Source: Felis catus (Eukaryota). Taken from it: a stretch of 64,000 nucleotides of DNA. The stretch is from contig NC_058368.1 in the NCBI RefSeq assembly GCF_018350175.1, positions 25,670,001 through 25,734,000 of the forward strand, read 5' to 3'. This document shows, piece after piece, positions 11,470-25,761 of this stretch (the first letter of the stretch is position 1; each line of letters opens with the position of its first letter). A program made the translations under genes and the position numbers. The notes beneath the pieces were generated by a model. That model ran no database searches, was not told where the DNA came from, and saw only the letters and a program-made list of their open reading frames with translations.

Positions 11470-12730
11470 TAATTCATGAAACATTTATTGGATCATTATC
11501 AAATGACAGGCACCATGCTAGGTGATAAGTCAATACGAGAAAGATAGTGCCACACAGTAGTAAGTGCTAAAAATACGATAAAACTGAGTAATGGCATGAC
11601 AAGCAACTAGGCCGTGGTGGTGGGGAGATGGCTACGTTATTTCATTCACGAGTGGTCAGGAGAGGCCTGTCTGAAAAGGTGGCATATGGCCTGAGGACTG
11701 CCTGATGGAAAGGAGGCTGACTAAGACCTCCTGAAAGACTCGTGCTTACACTGAAAGATTGGACTTGTTCTGAGGGACAAAGAAGGGGCCATTTTGGCTG
11801 TCGCCTAGTGCATGAGAACAGGAGTGTGGTGGGAGAGGAGGATGAGGAAGCTTCAGGGTCAGAGCACATAAAGCTCAGAAGGTAGGTCATACAGGATCTG
11901 TACATTCTAAGTACAGGAGTGGTATGACGTCATCCAGGCTAATGACCGCTATGTGAAGAATGGCCCACAGGGGTTAGCAGGCGGCCACCAGTTACTACTA
12001 GGCGGTTGTAGTAGTAGCTGCAGGGGCAGGAGCTCTCTCCAGTGCACTGGTCCTGCACTCAGAAGGGTCTTACACTTGATTTAATGCAATGCTGTCACTG
12101 TTTTGAAATTCTTCATTTATCAATAAGGGGTTGTAGAATTTTGTTTTGCAACAGGCCCTACGAATTATGTGGTTGGTCTTAAATATAGGTGACTAAATAA
12201 TACAGACAGCTTAGACCTGTAGAGTGGCAGGAGTGATAAGTAGGGCAGCATCTATAGTGTTGGTACAGCTGACAGAACCTGAAGATGGTTTGGATGTATC
12301 TTGTCAAGAAAAGAGGAATCACGGAAAACTCCTAGGTTGTTTTTGTTTTGCCTGAGTGAGTGAAAATGGGGAAGACTGGAGAAAGAACTGCATTAAGGGT
12401 GGGAAGGTGGGTAACAACCAAGAATTCAATTTTAGGAATGTGAAGTTAAGAGGCCTTTCAGACATCCAAAGGGAGCTTTCAAGCGAACTGTTGTAAATAT
12501 ATGGGTATGAAAGCCCAAAAAGAGGTTTTGAGCTGGAGATACAAATTCCAGAGTCGTTGTGTATATATTCTTAACGTGGATGGGATCACTTTGCAACATA
12601 GAGGGATAGAGTTCAAGACATAAGCAGAAGCTACAGAGACTATGAGGGCCAGAGGAAAATTAAAGAGGGTCACAGTAACCAAGGAAAGAGAATGTGCTAA
12701 GGACAGAGCCCTGAAGGATACCTAATAACC
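11470..12730 (-). mobile_element. Ancient L2 remnant, interrupted by a MER91-like element at about 12010-12180
   Basis: attcatgaaacatttattg...caggcaccatgctagg start and purine-rich L2 text; ggccctacgaattatgtggttggtc resembles a MER91 end. Confidence 0.55.
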
Positions 12731-13311
12731 TCCTTCAGAGTGAAATATGCTCAATCTGTGACACACTGGTTCATCTACCTGTTCAACCCAACACTGCAAT
12801 ACACTATAATCAGCCCTTTGTCTACTCAACCTACCAGGATGATCTACTATGTTTCCTCAAGCACTCCTATTGAGGTACCCCAGATTGTGATGTGCCCATT
12901 CCTCCTAGAATCTCTCCCTCCCACTCTTTATCTATTCAAAGCCTTTGATTCTTTTCCCTGACTTCACCAAATCAGCATCTTCAGAAACTCAGTATTTAAT
13001 ACCTGTGTCAACCTCCTATGTTGCATATAATAATATACTACCCTAAATTATTATTTAATACATGTCTATGATCCATTTCCCAAAACAGATAAGCTCTAGT
13101 TCACTTTTAATGTTATATTGTGTAGTATACATCAGATGCTTAATATACATCTGTTGAACAAATGAGTAATAAATAACACCTTGAAGCTATGAAATATGGG
13201 GAAGTAACAGAAGTAGATAAATCAACCTGGCATGTAACAGTTTAAAAAGAAATGACTCATTATGATCTAAGTCCTGGGCAGCCTGCGAGACAAAAGGCTA
13301 AGTCTCATACC

Positions 13312-13448
13312 TTTCATTCCTTCTTCATTCAACAAGTATTTATTGCGCACCTACTAGGTGCCAGGCACCGTTCCAGTTATTAGAGATACACCATCCAATA
13401 AAGTAGACAAAAGGTCCTGCCCTCATGGAGCGACATTTTAGTGGAAAT
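13312..13448 (-). mobile_element. L2 3' end fragment
   Basis: ttcattcaacaagtatttattgcgcacctactaggtgccaggcac. Confidence 0.75.
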
Positions 13449-16435
13449 ACCATTCGCTGGCATGTTATGTTTTGCATAAGCTTATTAAGCCCGCACTTTC
13501 CTCTCCTGTTTTCCCTACATGCCTACTATTTTTCAGTTTGAGAAGTTTTTGCCTGAACATTAGTAGTAGTAGTAATTCCATGCTTCCAGTTTTTCTCGAA
13601 TATATAACACATTATAAGAAAAGGGTTTTACACATTCGTAGGCCTTCAATGTTGTAGAAAAAAATCAGTACATGGTATGTGACAACTGTCATATTAGGAT
13701 ATGTTATAGAGAAGCACATCTTCAAAACAGCGTAACTACTAAGTGCATCAAAACTACCCAAAGATTAAAGATTTCACATAAACTTCACAGAAGTAAAATA
13801 ATCTTCACAGACATGTAAAATTATTTAATATTCTATCTCTCCCCTGCAGATATATGGAGCTTTGAAATTCAATTAAGTTAAGCTATCAAAGTTCATTTTT
13901 AAGTCGCAGGATCTGAAATTAGATAAGCATTCTAAAATGAAACAATGAAGCAGTTACATAGCTTGTATAAATCCTATAAATGTTATCCTACTATTTATTT
14001 TATAATGTAACAGACCCACAATATTAACAGTATTAGTGTAAATCATAAGGCATTAGGGTGAAGATCATCCTATACAAGAGAGAAGAAAAAGAGAACAAAC
14101 TCCCTTCCCTTTTCCTACTGATAAGCCAAGCAACCTTCTGAAAACACTACGGCCAGAAGAGGTATCCTGTCATCTAATGCACTGGAATCAACAGAATGTG
14201 GGTTCAAATTTCAGTTTTGCCATTTACAAAATTGAGCCTGGACAAATCACTTAACTACAACTCAATTTTTTCATTTGTGAAAATGGAAACAAGATTTTTT
14301 AAAAAAGTAACTAAAATGAACATTTCATATAATATGAAGCCATTTAAGAGTACATGACCTACCATGTGGGCTAAGCTAAGCTGTCTGGCCTGAAAATCAA
14401 TTCTCCTAGGCAGACTTTAAATGTTTTTTTAAACATTATCTTCTCTTTCTCAATTTATCTAGGATTCTTGCTTAAAATTCAAGTTTTGTTTACAATCTAT
14501 CTGATGGCAAGTTCATTAGAGTCTCAAGCAAGAGGGATAGTCTGTAAGATGTTTATGAGTAAGGTCTTCTTGTACTTAACACCTGATCATTCCAAAGTCT
14601 AAATCAGTCCCTCCTAGTAGTAAGTTAGAGACTATTGATTATCATCGTTACTGCTGATTCAACATACTAAATGGTAAATGGGACCCTTGTTCCCTAATAA
14701 AGGAACATATGATCTTCCCTTAAGTACTTCAGGAAATCACAGCCTAAGGGTCAAAAATTTCAGTGCCTACAAGGACCAGACAAGCAACTTACACTTTAAG
14801 CCAATTGGTAAGTAAACAGGACACGTGGGCCTGCAGCAAACCAGACAGAGTGCGGCACATCCCCAGGTTTGCTCAGTTCGCAGCGCACTGTAGGGTCCCA
14901 CTGAAGGGGCACATTCAAAGAAACAGCAAAGATTTGTATGATTATTGTGACTTCTGGCAGATGACAATAACGTCATTTAACAAAATATGTAAACTGCCAT
15001 AATTTTCTGACCGATAAAATAAAAACACTTAACGAAGGATCACCTTTTACAAATTTGTACAAAGACACTATATGGACTAGTGATGGTCCTGATCCTGCAT
15101 AAGGCAACTTGGCCATTTCTGTGGCTCACATTCAGCAGTAAGTTTTAAACTCTCAGAAGATACCTCCAACAAATGCAGGCAGGCCAGATCTACCCACTCG
15201 GCCCAGGAAGCAGAGATGGTTGTCCTGGTGACAAGTCTCACCACAAACAAAAAGGACTACTCAATATTGTGTTTAGGGCCAACCTATTCAGTGTAATTTC
15301 AATGACTTTCCTTCCTCTCCCATAAAAAAAAAAAAAAAAAAAAAATCTGCCTACTCAAATACCTTGAACAGGTAATCTAATGGCTATTATTTCACATGTG
15401 GTAATAAATGGTCTAAAATCAAATACCCACTTTGACTTATACCTATTCATTCTCGGAGTGTATTCAGAATTGAGAGAACAGAAAAGATCAGAACATGATA
15501 AAAAGTAGATGCCTAAAGATAGACATTACTAAGGGGGGAAGGGGTGAAAAAAGGAGATGCCTGGATAATAAAGATAAACTTTCCATACTTCACAGTTTTA
15601 CCTAAGGTTAGCCCTGTTGATTTTCAACTGTGAGTGAACAAAGAGAAATTGTATACTGAAGTATTTTTATCCTACAAAGCTGTGAGGCTTTGTAGAAACA
15701 CCACCACATGCCAGTACGGCTTCTTTGGACTTCTAATTTAAATTTAGACACAGCTAAGTGCATTGTTAAAGGTGTATTAATCCTGAAGAGATTCATTAAT
15801 CATACTAGAACCATAAATCCTTAACTTCAAAATGCTGGGTTTTGGTCAATTATGAGAATTTACTGAACATAAAGCTGTTAGCACAAAGATGAACTAGATC
15901 TATTCCCTGACCTCAAGAAGCTCACTATCGATCTAGTAGAGATAAACAAAAGTAATAAAAAACAAACTAAAAAGAAAAACGTGATTAGCAGTTTATTAGA
16001 AAAAGTGTAGCAGGAGCTTGGTGATGATGGTGATTATCCTGTGTGGAGAAAAATAGCTGGCGACATTTCACATTTGAAGCGAATCTTAAAGGATTAACAG
16101 GGATTCTGGCAAGCAGAAACCCAAGAACAGAGCACAGCAGGCAGAGGGCTATGACATGACACACCTGGGAAGAGTGAAAGTGACCGGTTTTGATACAGTG
16201 CACACTTGAGTCGGAATTGGCAGTATAATAAGAAGGGGCTGGAACCCCAAGGAAGACCAAGAGAAAGGGCAGAGGAGGTGTGAAACTCCAAAGACGAGAG
16301 CCGCTTAGGGTGAGACAGTTCCCAGGTACTCAAAAAGTTCCTCTCCTATTCCTATCTTACAGTAAAAATATCAGAATAACTCCAAAGAAGGAAATCATAA
16401 TGAAAACTTGGTTGATAATTATGCCAGTGCTCCAG

Positions 16436-16536
16436 TGAGGAGCCCAACACCGGGCTTGAAGTCACGACCCTGAGATCAAGACCTGAGCTGAGATCAAGAG
16501 TCAGACACTTAACTGACGGAGCCACCCAGGCGCCCC
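16436..16536 (-). mobile_element. Short Can-SINE
   Basis: cacgaccctgagatcaagacctgagctgag...gccacccaggcgcccc. Confidence 0.85.
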
Positions 16537-16738
16537 ACTTTAATTCTTTATATATATATATTCCCAATAGCTTTTTACAATCCTTTAGAAACCATTCTTT
16601 CATCAAAATACCAGATCTTCAGGTGTAGTCTATAGCTCAAGAGCTATGGAGGACAGCTTGCTATGGCTCTTCAGAGGAAATGGTGGCATCCTCACCATCA
16701 ATGTCCCTAAAATTTTTTTTTTTGAAAAAAGGATTGTT

Positions 16739-16930
16739 GGGGTACCTGGGTGGCTCAATCAGTTAAGCATCTAACTCTGGATTTTCAGCTAAGATCATGA
16801 TCTTATGGTTTGTGAATGGGAGCCCTGAGACAGGCTCTGGACTGACAGCACAGAGCCTGCTTGGGACTTGAGCTGTTCTCTCTCTCTCTCTCTCTCAAAA
16901 TAGATAAATAAATCTATAAAAAAAATAATA
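16739..16930 (+). mobile_element. Can-SINE
   Basis: Full body with (CT)n and A tail. Confidence 0.88.
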
Positions 16931-17904
16931 AAAGACAATTCTTATTATGGACTAAGATGTCTTCCTTGCACCAAATAGCATTCCCTATGGGGGGCTGTTT
17001 TAGTCTTTTTAAAAATTCTAAGTAAAACACCTTGCCTAGTTTCTTATGGTAGTTTTATCCCACTGGTATTTTTGTACTTTTACTACACTACTTATAATAC
17101 ATTAAAAATTGTATTTTAATGATGACACCAGCTCCTTATACATCAGCTCCTTCACTTAAAGTGATAACTAAAAAGGAGCAGTACAGGAGAAAGGATGTGA
17201 GAACAACAGCATGCTTAAGGCAAAGAAGGCCAGCTGCCTTCTTGGATTAGCTCTTCAGAAGGACTTCCTGTTCCCTGGCACTTAAAAAATATCTTTGATT
17301 AAAAAAGATTTATAGTTCCACATTTTAAAAATCCTACATTTGGGTACCTTAGGAGAGTCTTTAGCCCAAGCATCACTGCAGGAGAGGAGGACAGGACTGT
17401 TTCCAAAGAAACCTTGGGAAAACGTCAGGATTATTACCCCTCACGCTGTTCACGAAGATTCTGAATATCCAGATTTATAAACTAAAAACCCATGGGTTTC
17501 TAATATACACATGTAATTTATGGTGGCCACTTTAAGGACTCCCTGAGGACAGAGAAAAAAGTAGATGAAAAGACTATGAAGAGAGAGTTAACGCAGTTCC
17601 CTGTGTCTGAATCTGGTTAATATCTAGATAGTTCTAAACTACCACTTTAGGATTATTTTGAAAAGAGATTATCATGGACTCTATAACAAAATCTTCAGAT
17701 TCTTTCTCTCAGCAACAGTTCTCTTTCTGCTCTACTTCTAATTTACACTTGATTGAAGTAACTGATCTACCTCAAGGTAGGGATTCAAAAAGAATCCTTG
17801 TTGCAAGTCTCTTACCATGAGAACTAAGACAGACTGGATAGGGTTGGAAGTATCTCCAGCAGAGTTTTAGGACAAGAGTTCTTACTCAGGTAATTATTGT
17901 TAGT

Positions 17905-18120
17905 GTAAGAGTTAATACTTACCAAGTACCTACTCTGTGGCAGACACCTCACATACTATATAATTTTGTCTTTATCATAACAGATAAATGCCTCTATCCC
18001 ATTTTACAGATGAAGAAACAAAGGCACAGAAAGGTCACATAGCCAGTAAATAGCGAAGCCAGTTTTTAAACCCAGGTTGTCTGACTCTAGAGTCCAACCT
18101 CTTACCTACCTGACCCTACT
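17905..18120 (-). mobile_element. MIR
   Basis: Core cccattttacagatgaagaaac...aaggtcacatagc...tctgactctagag. Confidence 0.75.
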
Positions 18121-18339
18121 ATTATCTTCATAGATACAGATTTGCTTTCTAATAAAACTCTTGATCCTCTTTAGAGGATAAAATGGTCATTCCTCAAAGG
18201 AAGCAATCAAGCATGAGAATGTCTTTGGCAAATGTTTCCGGTCCCTAAGATGCTTTCTGATAAAAATGGTTTGACTGTGGACCTCATGATTGTCTCCCTA
18301 GCATCCACTTTACCACCTCCCTACTGAGGAGCATGTTTT

Positions 18340-18552
18340 ATTTTTTTTCCAACGTTTATTTATTTTTGGGACAGAGAGAGACAGAGCATGAACGGGGGAG
18401 GGGCAGAGAGAGAGGGAGACACAGAATCGGAAACAGGCTCCAGGCTCTGAGCCACCAGCCCAGAGCCTGACGCGGGGCTCGAACTCACGGACCGCGAGAT
18501 CGTGACCTGGTTGAAGTCGGACGCTTAACCGACTGCGCCACCCAGGCGCCCC
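18340..18552 (-). mobile_element. Young SINEC_Fc-type SINE
   Basis: CpG-intact body; TSD ctgaggagcatgtttt at 18324 and 18553. Confidence 0.95.
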
Positions 18553-18569
18553 CTGAGGAGCATGTTTTA

Positions 18570-19025
18570 GATGGAACTGACCCCACCACCTACACATTTC
18601 CACAGGTGGTTCCCAACTGTTAATCCACATATTCCATCTTCACCGTTGCATTTATTGATTCAGGGATAGACTCAGAACCCACGCTGGCCCAAAGAAGGAA
18701 GTGAAGGGTCTATCTGTTTAACCATTGGTTAAAGACAAGGTCACTTAACTCTTGGGGCTTCATATGAATAAAGAGGCAGATAATCCTGGCAGCTGCAGGT
18801 GGCCATCTTGCTACCAGGAGAAATACCAGCCTGAAGACAGTCAAGCTGAAGAAAGACCCAAGAACATTAGAAGGACAGCTCAAGCACTGATGATGTGGAG
18901 AACTTCTAGATAAAGCATGGCTAAAGCCCACAATACCACTGTGTTTTATTTATGTGAGTCAATGAGTTTCTTTGATTTTTAAGCCAGTCTGCCCTGGGTT
19001 TTCTGATACCAGCAAATGAAAGTTA
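18570..19025. mobile_element. MaLR (MLT1-like) LTR remnant
   Basis: ggcagctgcaggtggccatcttgctacca...tttaagccagtct...gggttttctg motifs. Confidence 0.55.
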
Positions 19026-20399
19026 TCATAACAGATATAAATATATTAATCATTAACCTCAACGTTCACCAAAAATTGTGTTTCAAATGAGGCTATCATA
19101 AAGCTAAAATCTAATACTACGTTTCCCTGGACATAAAGTTATCTTTATAGAATTCTGAGCTGCTGTTATGACTTCAAATTTTATTGAGGAGTAATAGAAA
19201 AATGATTACTGATTTTGCTGTTTTAATAAACTTCATATAAAAATTTACATGGAGACATTAACCCAGCACTACGGTATGCCCAACTTGCTGTGGCTACTGA
19301 GGAGCGCACAAGGTTTACATTCAGTCATAGCAGTTTTACCTAGTCTAGGACATGTGGTACTGTATACATTTCCTAACTGCTGGCACTTTCATTATTTGAC
19401 TCTTACCTTTTAGTTCTCATTTTAAAAGGTTAGCATTTCAGTGTATCTGGGCTATTCATAATAAGGGTGACCTTATATCCCAATTTTATCTGGCAGTTTA
19501 CACTCCTATGTCCCAGTGTGGCATCTTCTCTGGTTAGTGCCTGCTTTCATTCTCAAAAGTATCCTGTTTTGAATGATAAATGATGTGATAATCCTATTTA
19601 TAATTCACCTTGTATTTCTTTTTTAAATATAAAGGGACACAGCTATAAGATAATCATCCTAATATGTAAGAAAAACCACTTACAAAGTAATTATTCTTTA
19701 TGAAATTTATCTATGGAGAAGAGTCAAAATTACAAGTACTAAATATATCCACATACTAGTTTAAATGAAAAGAAAAGAAAATGCTTCGGTGTTATTATTG
19801 CATTGAGCAAAAATTTTATTTGCAGAAACTTCTTCAGGCATAAATCTAGTTCACCCATATGAATCACATCACCCACAAATTACATAAAGGTTTACTGAGT
19901 GAGGGGGTACTTTTCTTCCTCCCTTATAATAAGACATTCTAAGACATCTTTTATCATAATATGAGACATCAGGAATCTAGGCAGCTACAGCCTGGTAACC
20001 TCTCCCCAGGAAAGAAAGAGAATCACAACTTGCTTTCTACTATCTGGTGTCTTAGCACAGAAAATAAGACTCTGATTTTTCTCTTTTCCACCTCTCCGCA
20101 GCCAATGTTCTGTTCCCAAAGAGAAAGGCTTTTCTTAGGTTTTTGAAGAAAGCCCACAAACACTGAACGAATTAAAAATAAAAACTTTTGAGACAAGTAT
20201 TTTTAGATGAATTGGTGACATAAACATGCACAAGTTAAAAAGCCACATATTTTCCTATTACTATGACTTTCCTACAAGAAAACACCCACTAGGGTGACTG
20301 CCTTATCTTTATGTCCCCATTATATTTTAAAAAGTACAACATGAATTATAAGCAGGGTGAATGTATTAATTTATCATTTGATTATTTAAAACGCCTTAA

Positions 20400-20495
20400 G
20401 GGGTGCCTGCCTGGCTCAGTCAGTGAAGCATGTAACTCTTGACTTTGGGGTCATGAGTTCAAGTTCCACACTGGGCACAGAGATTAGTTTTTTTA
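20400..20495 (+). mobile_element. Short older Can-SINE
   Basis: ggggtgcctgcctggctcagtcagt...gagttcaag. Confidence 0.8.
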
Positions 20496-20867
20496 AAAAG
20501 CCTCACGATCATTAAAGTTATACTTAATAAAACACAATTTAAGTTTAAATTAGTAAACCAAATGTGAACTGATATCAAATATATTCACATTTACTAATTC
20601 AAAATAAACTTCCTCCTAATAAAATATCACTTAGATCCATCCAAATTTATGTCAGATAAACAGAAAGTAATAGAAGCAGTGGAATTCTTTTTCCCTTTTG
20701 TGTTTTCTTGGTGGCTAAATGGATGCTCGCAGAATTTTATATTATGTGATGGGACTGGACAAAAGAAAATTACAGCATAGGATGAATTTTTCTTCCTTGG
20801 CTTGAATTTTATTGACTGGAGGGGTTCCCATATTCCTTGGGTTTACTGCAATACTTATTTCCACCAT

Positions 20868-21030
20868 GGGGTGCCTGAGTAGCTCAGTCAGTTGAGCATC
20901 TGGCTCTTGAATTTGGCTCAGGTCATAAGCTCAGTTTGTGAGATCAAGCCCCACGTCGGGCTGTGCACTGACAGTGCAGAGCTTGCTTGGGATGCTCTCT
21001 CTCTCTCACACAAAATAAATAAATAGTAAA
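20868..21030 (+). mobile_element. Can-SINE
   Basis: SINE body and tail. Confidence 0.85.
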
Positions 21031-21839
21031 AATATTTCTCTCCACCTTTATCTAAATGAATTGACAGCATCTTACAAACTGACAGAATCTTACTTACATG
21101 TGATAATATGGCAATTGTAATTCTCATCACATGTAGCTAATTTATCGACTAAAATTTAATTTTATTACTAAAACTAAATTCCCACTAAAGTAGCACTGAT
21201 CATTCTTAAAAAGTATTATATGTAAATATAAAATATACTTTGTAATGTATCTATTTATGTTACTAAAAGTGTAGTTCAGCCACTATTTGCAAATATAATA
21301 CAGTAAAAACGCATGGTTAAAGAAAAAACCTCACTGACTTAAGGAAAGGTCTTCTTCGATAAAAAGGCTTTCTCTTCCAGTCCTCTGCAAATGGAAAACT
21401 ATTTAATTCTTACTTTATATTTTGAAAACCTTTTGTTGTTGATGAAATGCTTCTATATTTGCTTTATCATCACTTTCCCCTTTTGAAAGGAAGATACGTA
21501 TGTATGTGTGCGGGTCCACTTACGCATGTGTAAATTAACTAAAAAATCAAGTCCAGGTTTCAAGTGCAGTTCTGAGTAAAAAAAAATTAAAGCTGGATGC
21601 TGTTGATTCCTAAGTTTCTGCACCTAATTTTGCCATTCCTTTTTATTTCAACTCAACAAATACTTCTGGGTATTTAGTATTTGTAATGCACTACGCTAAG
21701 TGCTCAGAATAAAAAAAGGAAGGGAGAGAGACTGAGAAAGAAAGAAGATAAAACCTACAACCCCTGTTCTTATGAAGTTCATAATCTTGTAGAAGATGCA
21801 ACCATGCACATTTAAACAGCAGAAAACAGAGACATTTAT

Positions 21840-22070
21840 GGGGCGCCTGGGTGGCTCAGTTGGTTAGGCGTCCGACTTCAGCTCAGGTCATGATCTCACT
21901 GTTTGTGGATTCCAGCCCCGCGTCAGGCTCTGTGCTGACAGCTCAGAGCCTGGAGTCTCTTTCAGATTCTGGGTCTCCCTCTCTCTCTCTCTCTCTCTTT
22001 GCCCCTCCCCAGCTCACACTCTCTTTCAAAAATGAATAAACATTTAAAAAAAAAGAAAGAAAGAAAAAAG
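21840..22070 (+). mobile_element. Can-SINE (felid type)
   Basis: Full body and tail. Confidence 0.92.
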
Positions 22071-22572
22071 AACACATAGACATTCATACACACCATTAAA
22101 AAAGAATAAGTATGTGGGAATGTGGAAAAGGGTATGGCAGATCCTAACCGGAGTGGGGAATGGAAGACATGAGAAGGCTTCACTGAGTAAGTGACACCTG
22201 GGTTGGATGTAAGAGCTCAGAGGATCTTGGCAGAAGACAGATGAGGCATTCTAGGTATAGGACACAGCATGTAACAAAGGCATAAAAACTTAAAGGTGCC
22301 CAGCACATCCAGGGTAACCATGTGTAGTGTGGCAGAACTAGCTGATGTCTGCCCAAAGGAAAACAGCTAAAAACAAAGCCAGATTATCCACAAACGTGAA
22401 TGTCATTAAGGACCAAGCAGTCAGTAGGCCCTGAAAAACTTTGAGCATATGTGTGAAATATGAGGGATAGTGTATCTTAGGTACTGGACTGCCAGGTCTG
22501 CTCTCAAACAGTTCTACTTTGATGTCACCTGCATCTAGAAATCTGCCTTTCCATTTGATCTCCACCACATTT

Positions 22573-22590
22573 CTTTTCTTTTCTTTTTCT

Positions 22591-22640
<50 letters not shown>

Positions 22641-22830
22641 CAGAGAGAGAGAGAGAGTAGTTTTGGGGGAAGTCAAAAGTTCTACATGGACAGAAAGAGA
22701 CAATCACAACCAGGCTCTGGGCTGTCAGTGCATAGCATGACCCAGGGTTCGATCTCACAAACCGTGAGATCATGACTTGACCCGAAATCAAGAGTTGGAC
22801 ACTTAGCCAACCGAGCCCTCCAGGCGCCCC
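22573..22830 (-). mobile_element. Can-SINE with (TG)n microsatellite and a foreign internal segment
   Basis: SINE 5' half at 22705-22830; (TG)n(AG)n at 22593-22657. Confidence 0.8.
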
Positions 22831-23039
22831 AGCACCACCACATTCTCTGCCTCCTACTATATCATCAGTAAATAGATGTTTTAGATAATTTTGTGTGTGT
22901 GTGTGTGTGTGTTCCTTCAGGTTCACAAACTATAAATTCTCTGGAGCAAGAAGAGTATCTACTGATTTTCTTTAAACTGAGCCTTACCTCAGTGATCACA
23001 TTTGGCATTTGAAAATGTTAAATGGCGATAAACAAAGTA

Positions 23040-23361
23040 CAGGTTGACCCTTGAACAGCACTAGTCTCAGGTGTACAGGTCCACTTATACATGGATACTT
23101 TACAGTACAGCACTGTAAATGTATCTTCTCTTCCTTATGATTTTCTTAACATTTTCTTTTCTATGGCTTACTTTATCATAAGAATAGAGTAATAATACAC
23201 AGACCATACAAAATATGTTTAATCAACTGCTTACGTTATTGGTGAGGCTGCCAGTCAATGGTCAGCTATTGGTAGTTTGGAGAAAGTCAAAAGTTCTACA
23301 CAGATTTTCAACTCTGCAAAGGGTCAGCACCCTAACCCTCTCGTTGCTCAAGTGTCGACTG
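23040..23361. mobile_element. Tigger2-like (Tc1/mariner) non-autonomous element
   Basis: TA|caggttgacccttgaacagc...gttgctcaagtgtcgactg|TA gives terminal inverted repeats with a TA target duplication. Confidence 0.8.
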
Positions 23362-23994
23362 TACATGAGATACAACTTATGACTCGCATTACTTTCCTAT
23401 TTTGATAATCTACCCATCAGTACTCTTCTTGCAGTTTAAGTACTTTCTGCTCTTTTAAGTTTTTATGTAAACTGTCAACCAGGATTTAAAGTAAAACGGA
23501 CATGGGGTCTATAAAGCCTCACCCCTCCCTCTCATCAGTGTTGCCCATCCTGTGCAACACACAGGTTGGCATGGAATCAGTCTGAGGACTCGTAGCAGAA
23601 GCGCACCCAGGCCACCATCAGTCTGGTTCTAGCGAAATCTCCTGTCCCGCAACCACTTAAGTAGGAGATGAGTTCATTAAATCCTATCGACTCTACCTCC
23701 AAATATCCTCAAAACCTAGTCTTTCATCTCCCTTCCGGCTAGAACCACTTTAACATTTAGTCATTCAGACGTTTTGTACCTGGGCTATCACATCTGCCTC
23801 TAGCTTATCTCCCTGCTTTCAGTCTTATATTGTGGACAGAAAGGCTTATCCAAAACTTTGCTTTCCACGCTGCTTAGAATTCTTTAGTGCCTCCCTAATA
23901 GCCACAGCACAAAGTCCAAATTTCTTACCACAACAGAGACTCTTTAACAAATAATTTAGCAAGAACGTAAAGGTATTTAACATTTTAAACCTTA

Positions 23995-24830
23995 TCTTCT
24001 GCCATTTATTCACTGAACAGACATTTACTACCTACTACATGTCATGAACTGTTCTAAGCACTTGGGTATACGTGTGTATAAGTGAGCAAAATAGATGATT
24101 GTGTGCTCGTGTGTGTGCACGCCCACACACCAAAGAACCAACCAGGGAAGTTTAAATCACACAAGGGCGAAGATGGCAATAAATATAAATAAATTATACG
24201 GTATATTAGGAGGTGATATGGTCTATAAGAAAATACAAGTATAGAAAGAAGTAGGCTGGTCAGGGTAGGCACTATTGGAAAAGTAGACTCTGAGAAGAGA
24301 CCTGAAAGAGGCAAGGAGTGAGCCATGCTGCTATCTGCAGAAAGGACATTCCAGGCAGGAAAGAAAATCTGGTGTAAAGGCCCTAATATGGAAGTACCTA
24401 GAGTACTCATGACTGTTAGAGGAGGTCAGGGTGGTGAAAGCAGAGTGAGGGGAGTGAGGGGGAGGATCAAAGGATAGGGAGAAGTGGGAAGGAGCAGGAG
24501 GGTGATCATGTAGATCCTTGCAGATGATTCCAAGGACTCAAATTTTATTCTGAGTAATAAAGGACACACTGCAAGTGACCCAGGAGCAAAGGAATGGCAT
24601 GACTTAACAGATCTGAGAACTGGTCTGACAGCTGTGCAGATCACAGTGGGGCAAGGACAGAAGCAGGAAGTCTGCTATAGGAGGCTAGTGCAGTGATCCA
24701 GGTGAGAGATGACAACACATCATGGGGGTGGGGGGGAGATGGTCAGAATGCAGATGTGTAATATTTTGAAGGAACGGTCAATAAAATTTTTCTGACACTT
24801 TGGATCTGAGGTGTGAAAGAGGCCTCAAGT
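23995..24830 (-). mobile_element. L2 remnant
   Basis: catttattcactgaacagacatttact...attccaggcaggaa...gaggctagtgcagtgatccaggtgagagatga. Confidence 0.65.
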
Positions 24831-25761
24831 CTTTATGCATGCATATCTCTCTGCTGAGGGTGTTCTTACTCCTCTCTTCTTTTTCTACTTGGTCAAAACA
24901 ATCTCAGTATTCAAGACGCGTCATGTATCGCCTATTTTATGAAACTCACATGATTATCATCTCCTGAATCACTCTGTGTCCTTAAGTCATGTAAGTAACT
25001 GAAATATGTAATGGCTGGTCTTTTAGCAAGAGTCAAAAGGCTAAACAATTTTCCTATCTTTTTTGGTCAGAAAAAAGCAGACATTTCATTAACACAACAG
25101 GTGACTTGCCTAATCGCATCATTAAAAAGGTTTAGAAACCTTTAAAGAAAATTAGAACCACAAAAAAAATCTTGTCAGGCCGCTCAATAACCAGATTTTG
25201 CATTCTTCCATTTCAGTACTTGAAGAAGAGAAGTCTACAAAAAAGACTTGCATTGTATGATCAACTTTATAGGCTACACCCAAAGAGAGAAACACCTCTC
25301 CGAAGTTACTTTGTTATGAAAGTTATTTTCTGTTATAAAAAGTCTTCATTTTGGTTGTCATCCTTTTACTTGCCCTGGGGAGGCATTTAAATGAGAAGAA
25401 TTATTGGACACACAAAAAATAAGTCTTTTTGTTTCATTCCCGAGAGACACACAATAATTTAATTGAGAAGGTGGGGAAATTAAAAAGATGACATGACATT
25501 AGAGAGGATGTGGCTCAAGCAGCCACTTTAAAGCATGAGAACACTTATTTTCAGAGAGGCTGTCGCTATAGCCTGAACAGTGTGCTCCCCGTTATGAGCT
25601 CTGTACAGCTATCATTGGCTGAAATAGAAGTTCCACGAGGACAGAGAGTTTTACCTGTTTTGTTCACTACCCTTTCACACAGTAAGTGCTGAATGAATGA
25701 ACAAAGTTATAATTCTAAACTACATGGAGCTGAAATATATTCAACAAAAAGTATAAACCAA

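Noticed and set aside
21508..21525. gtgcgggtccactta resembling the Tigger-like element at 23070-23090
   Set aside because: Too short to distinguish from chance.
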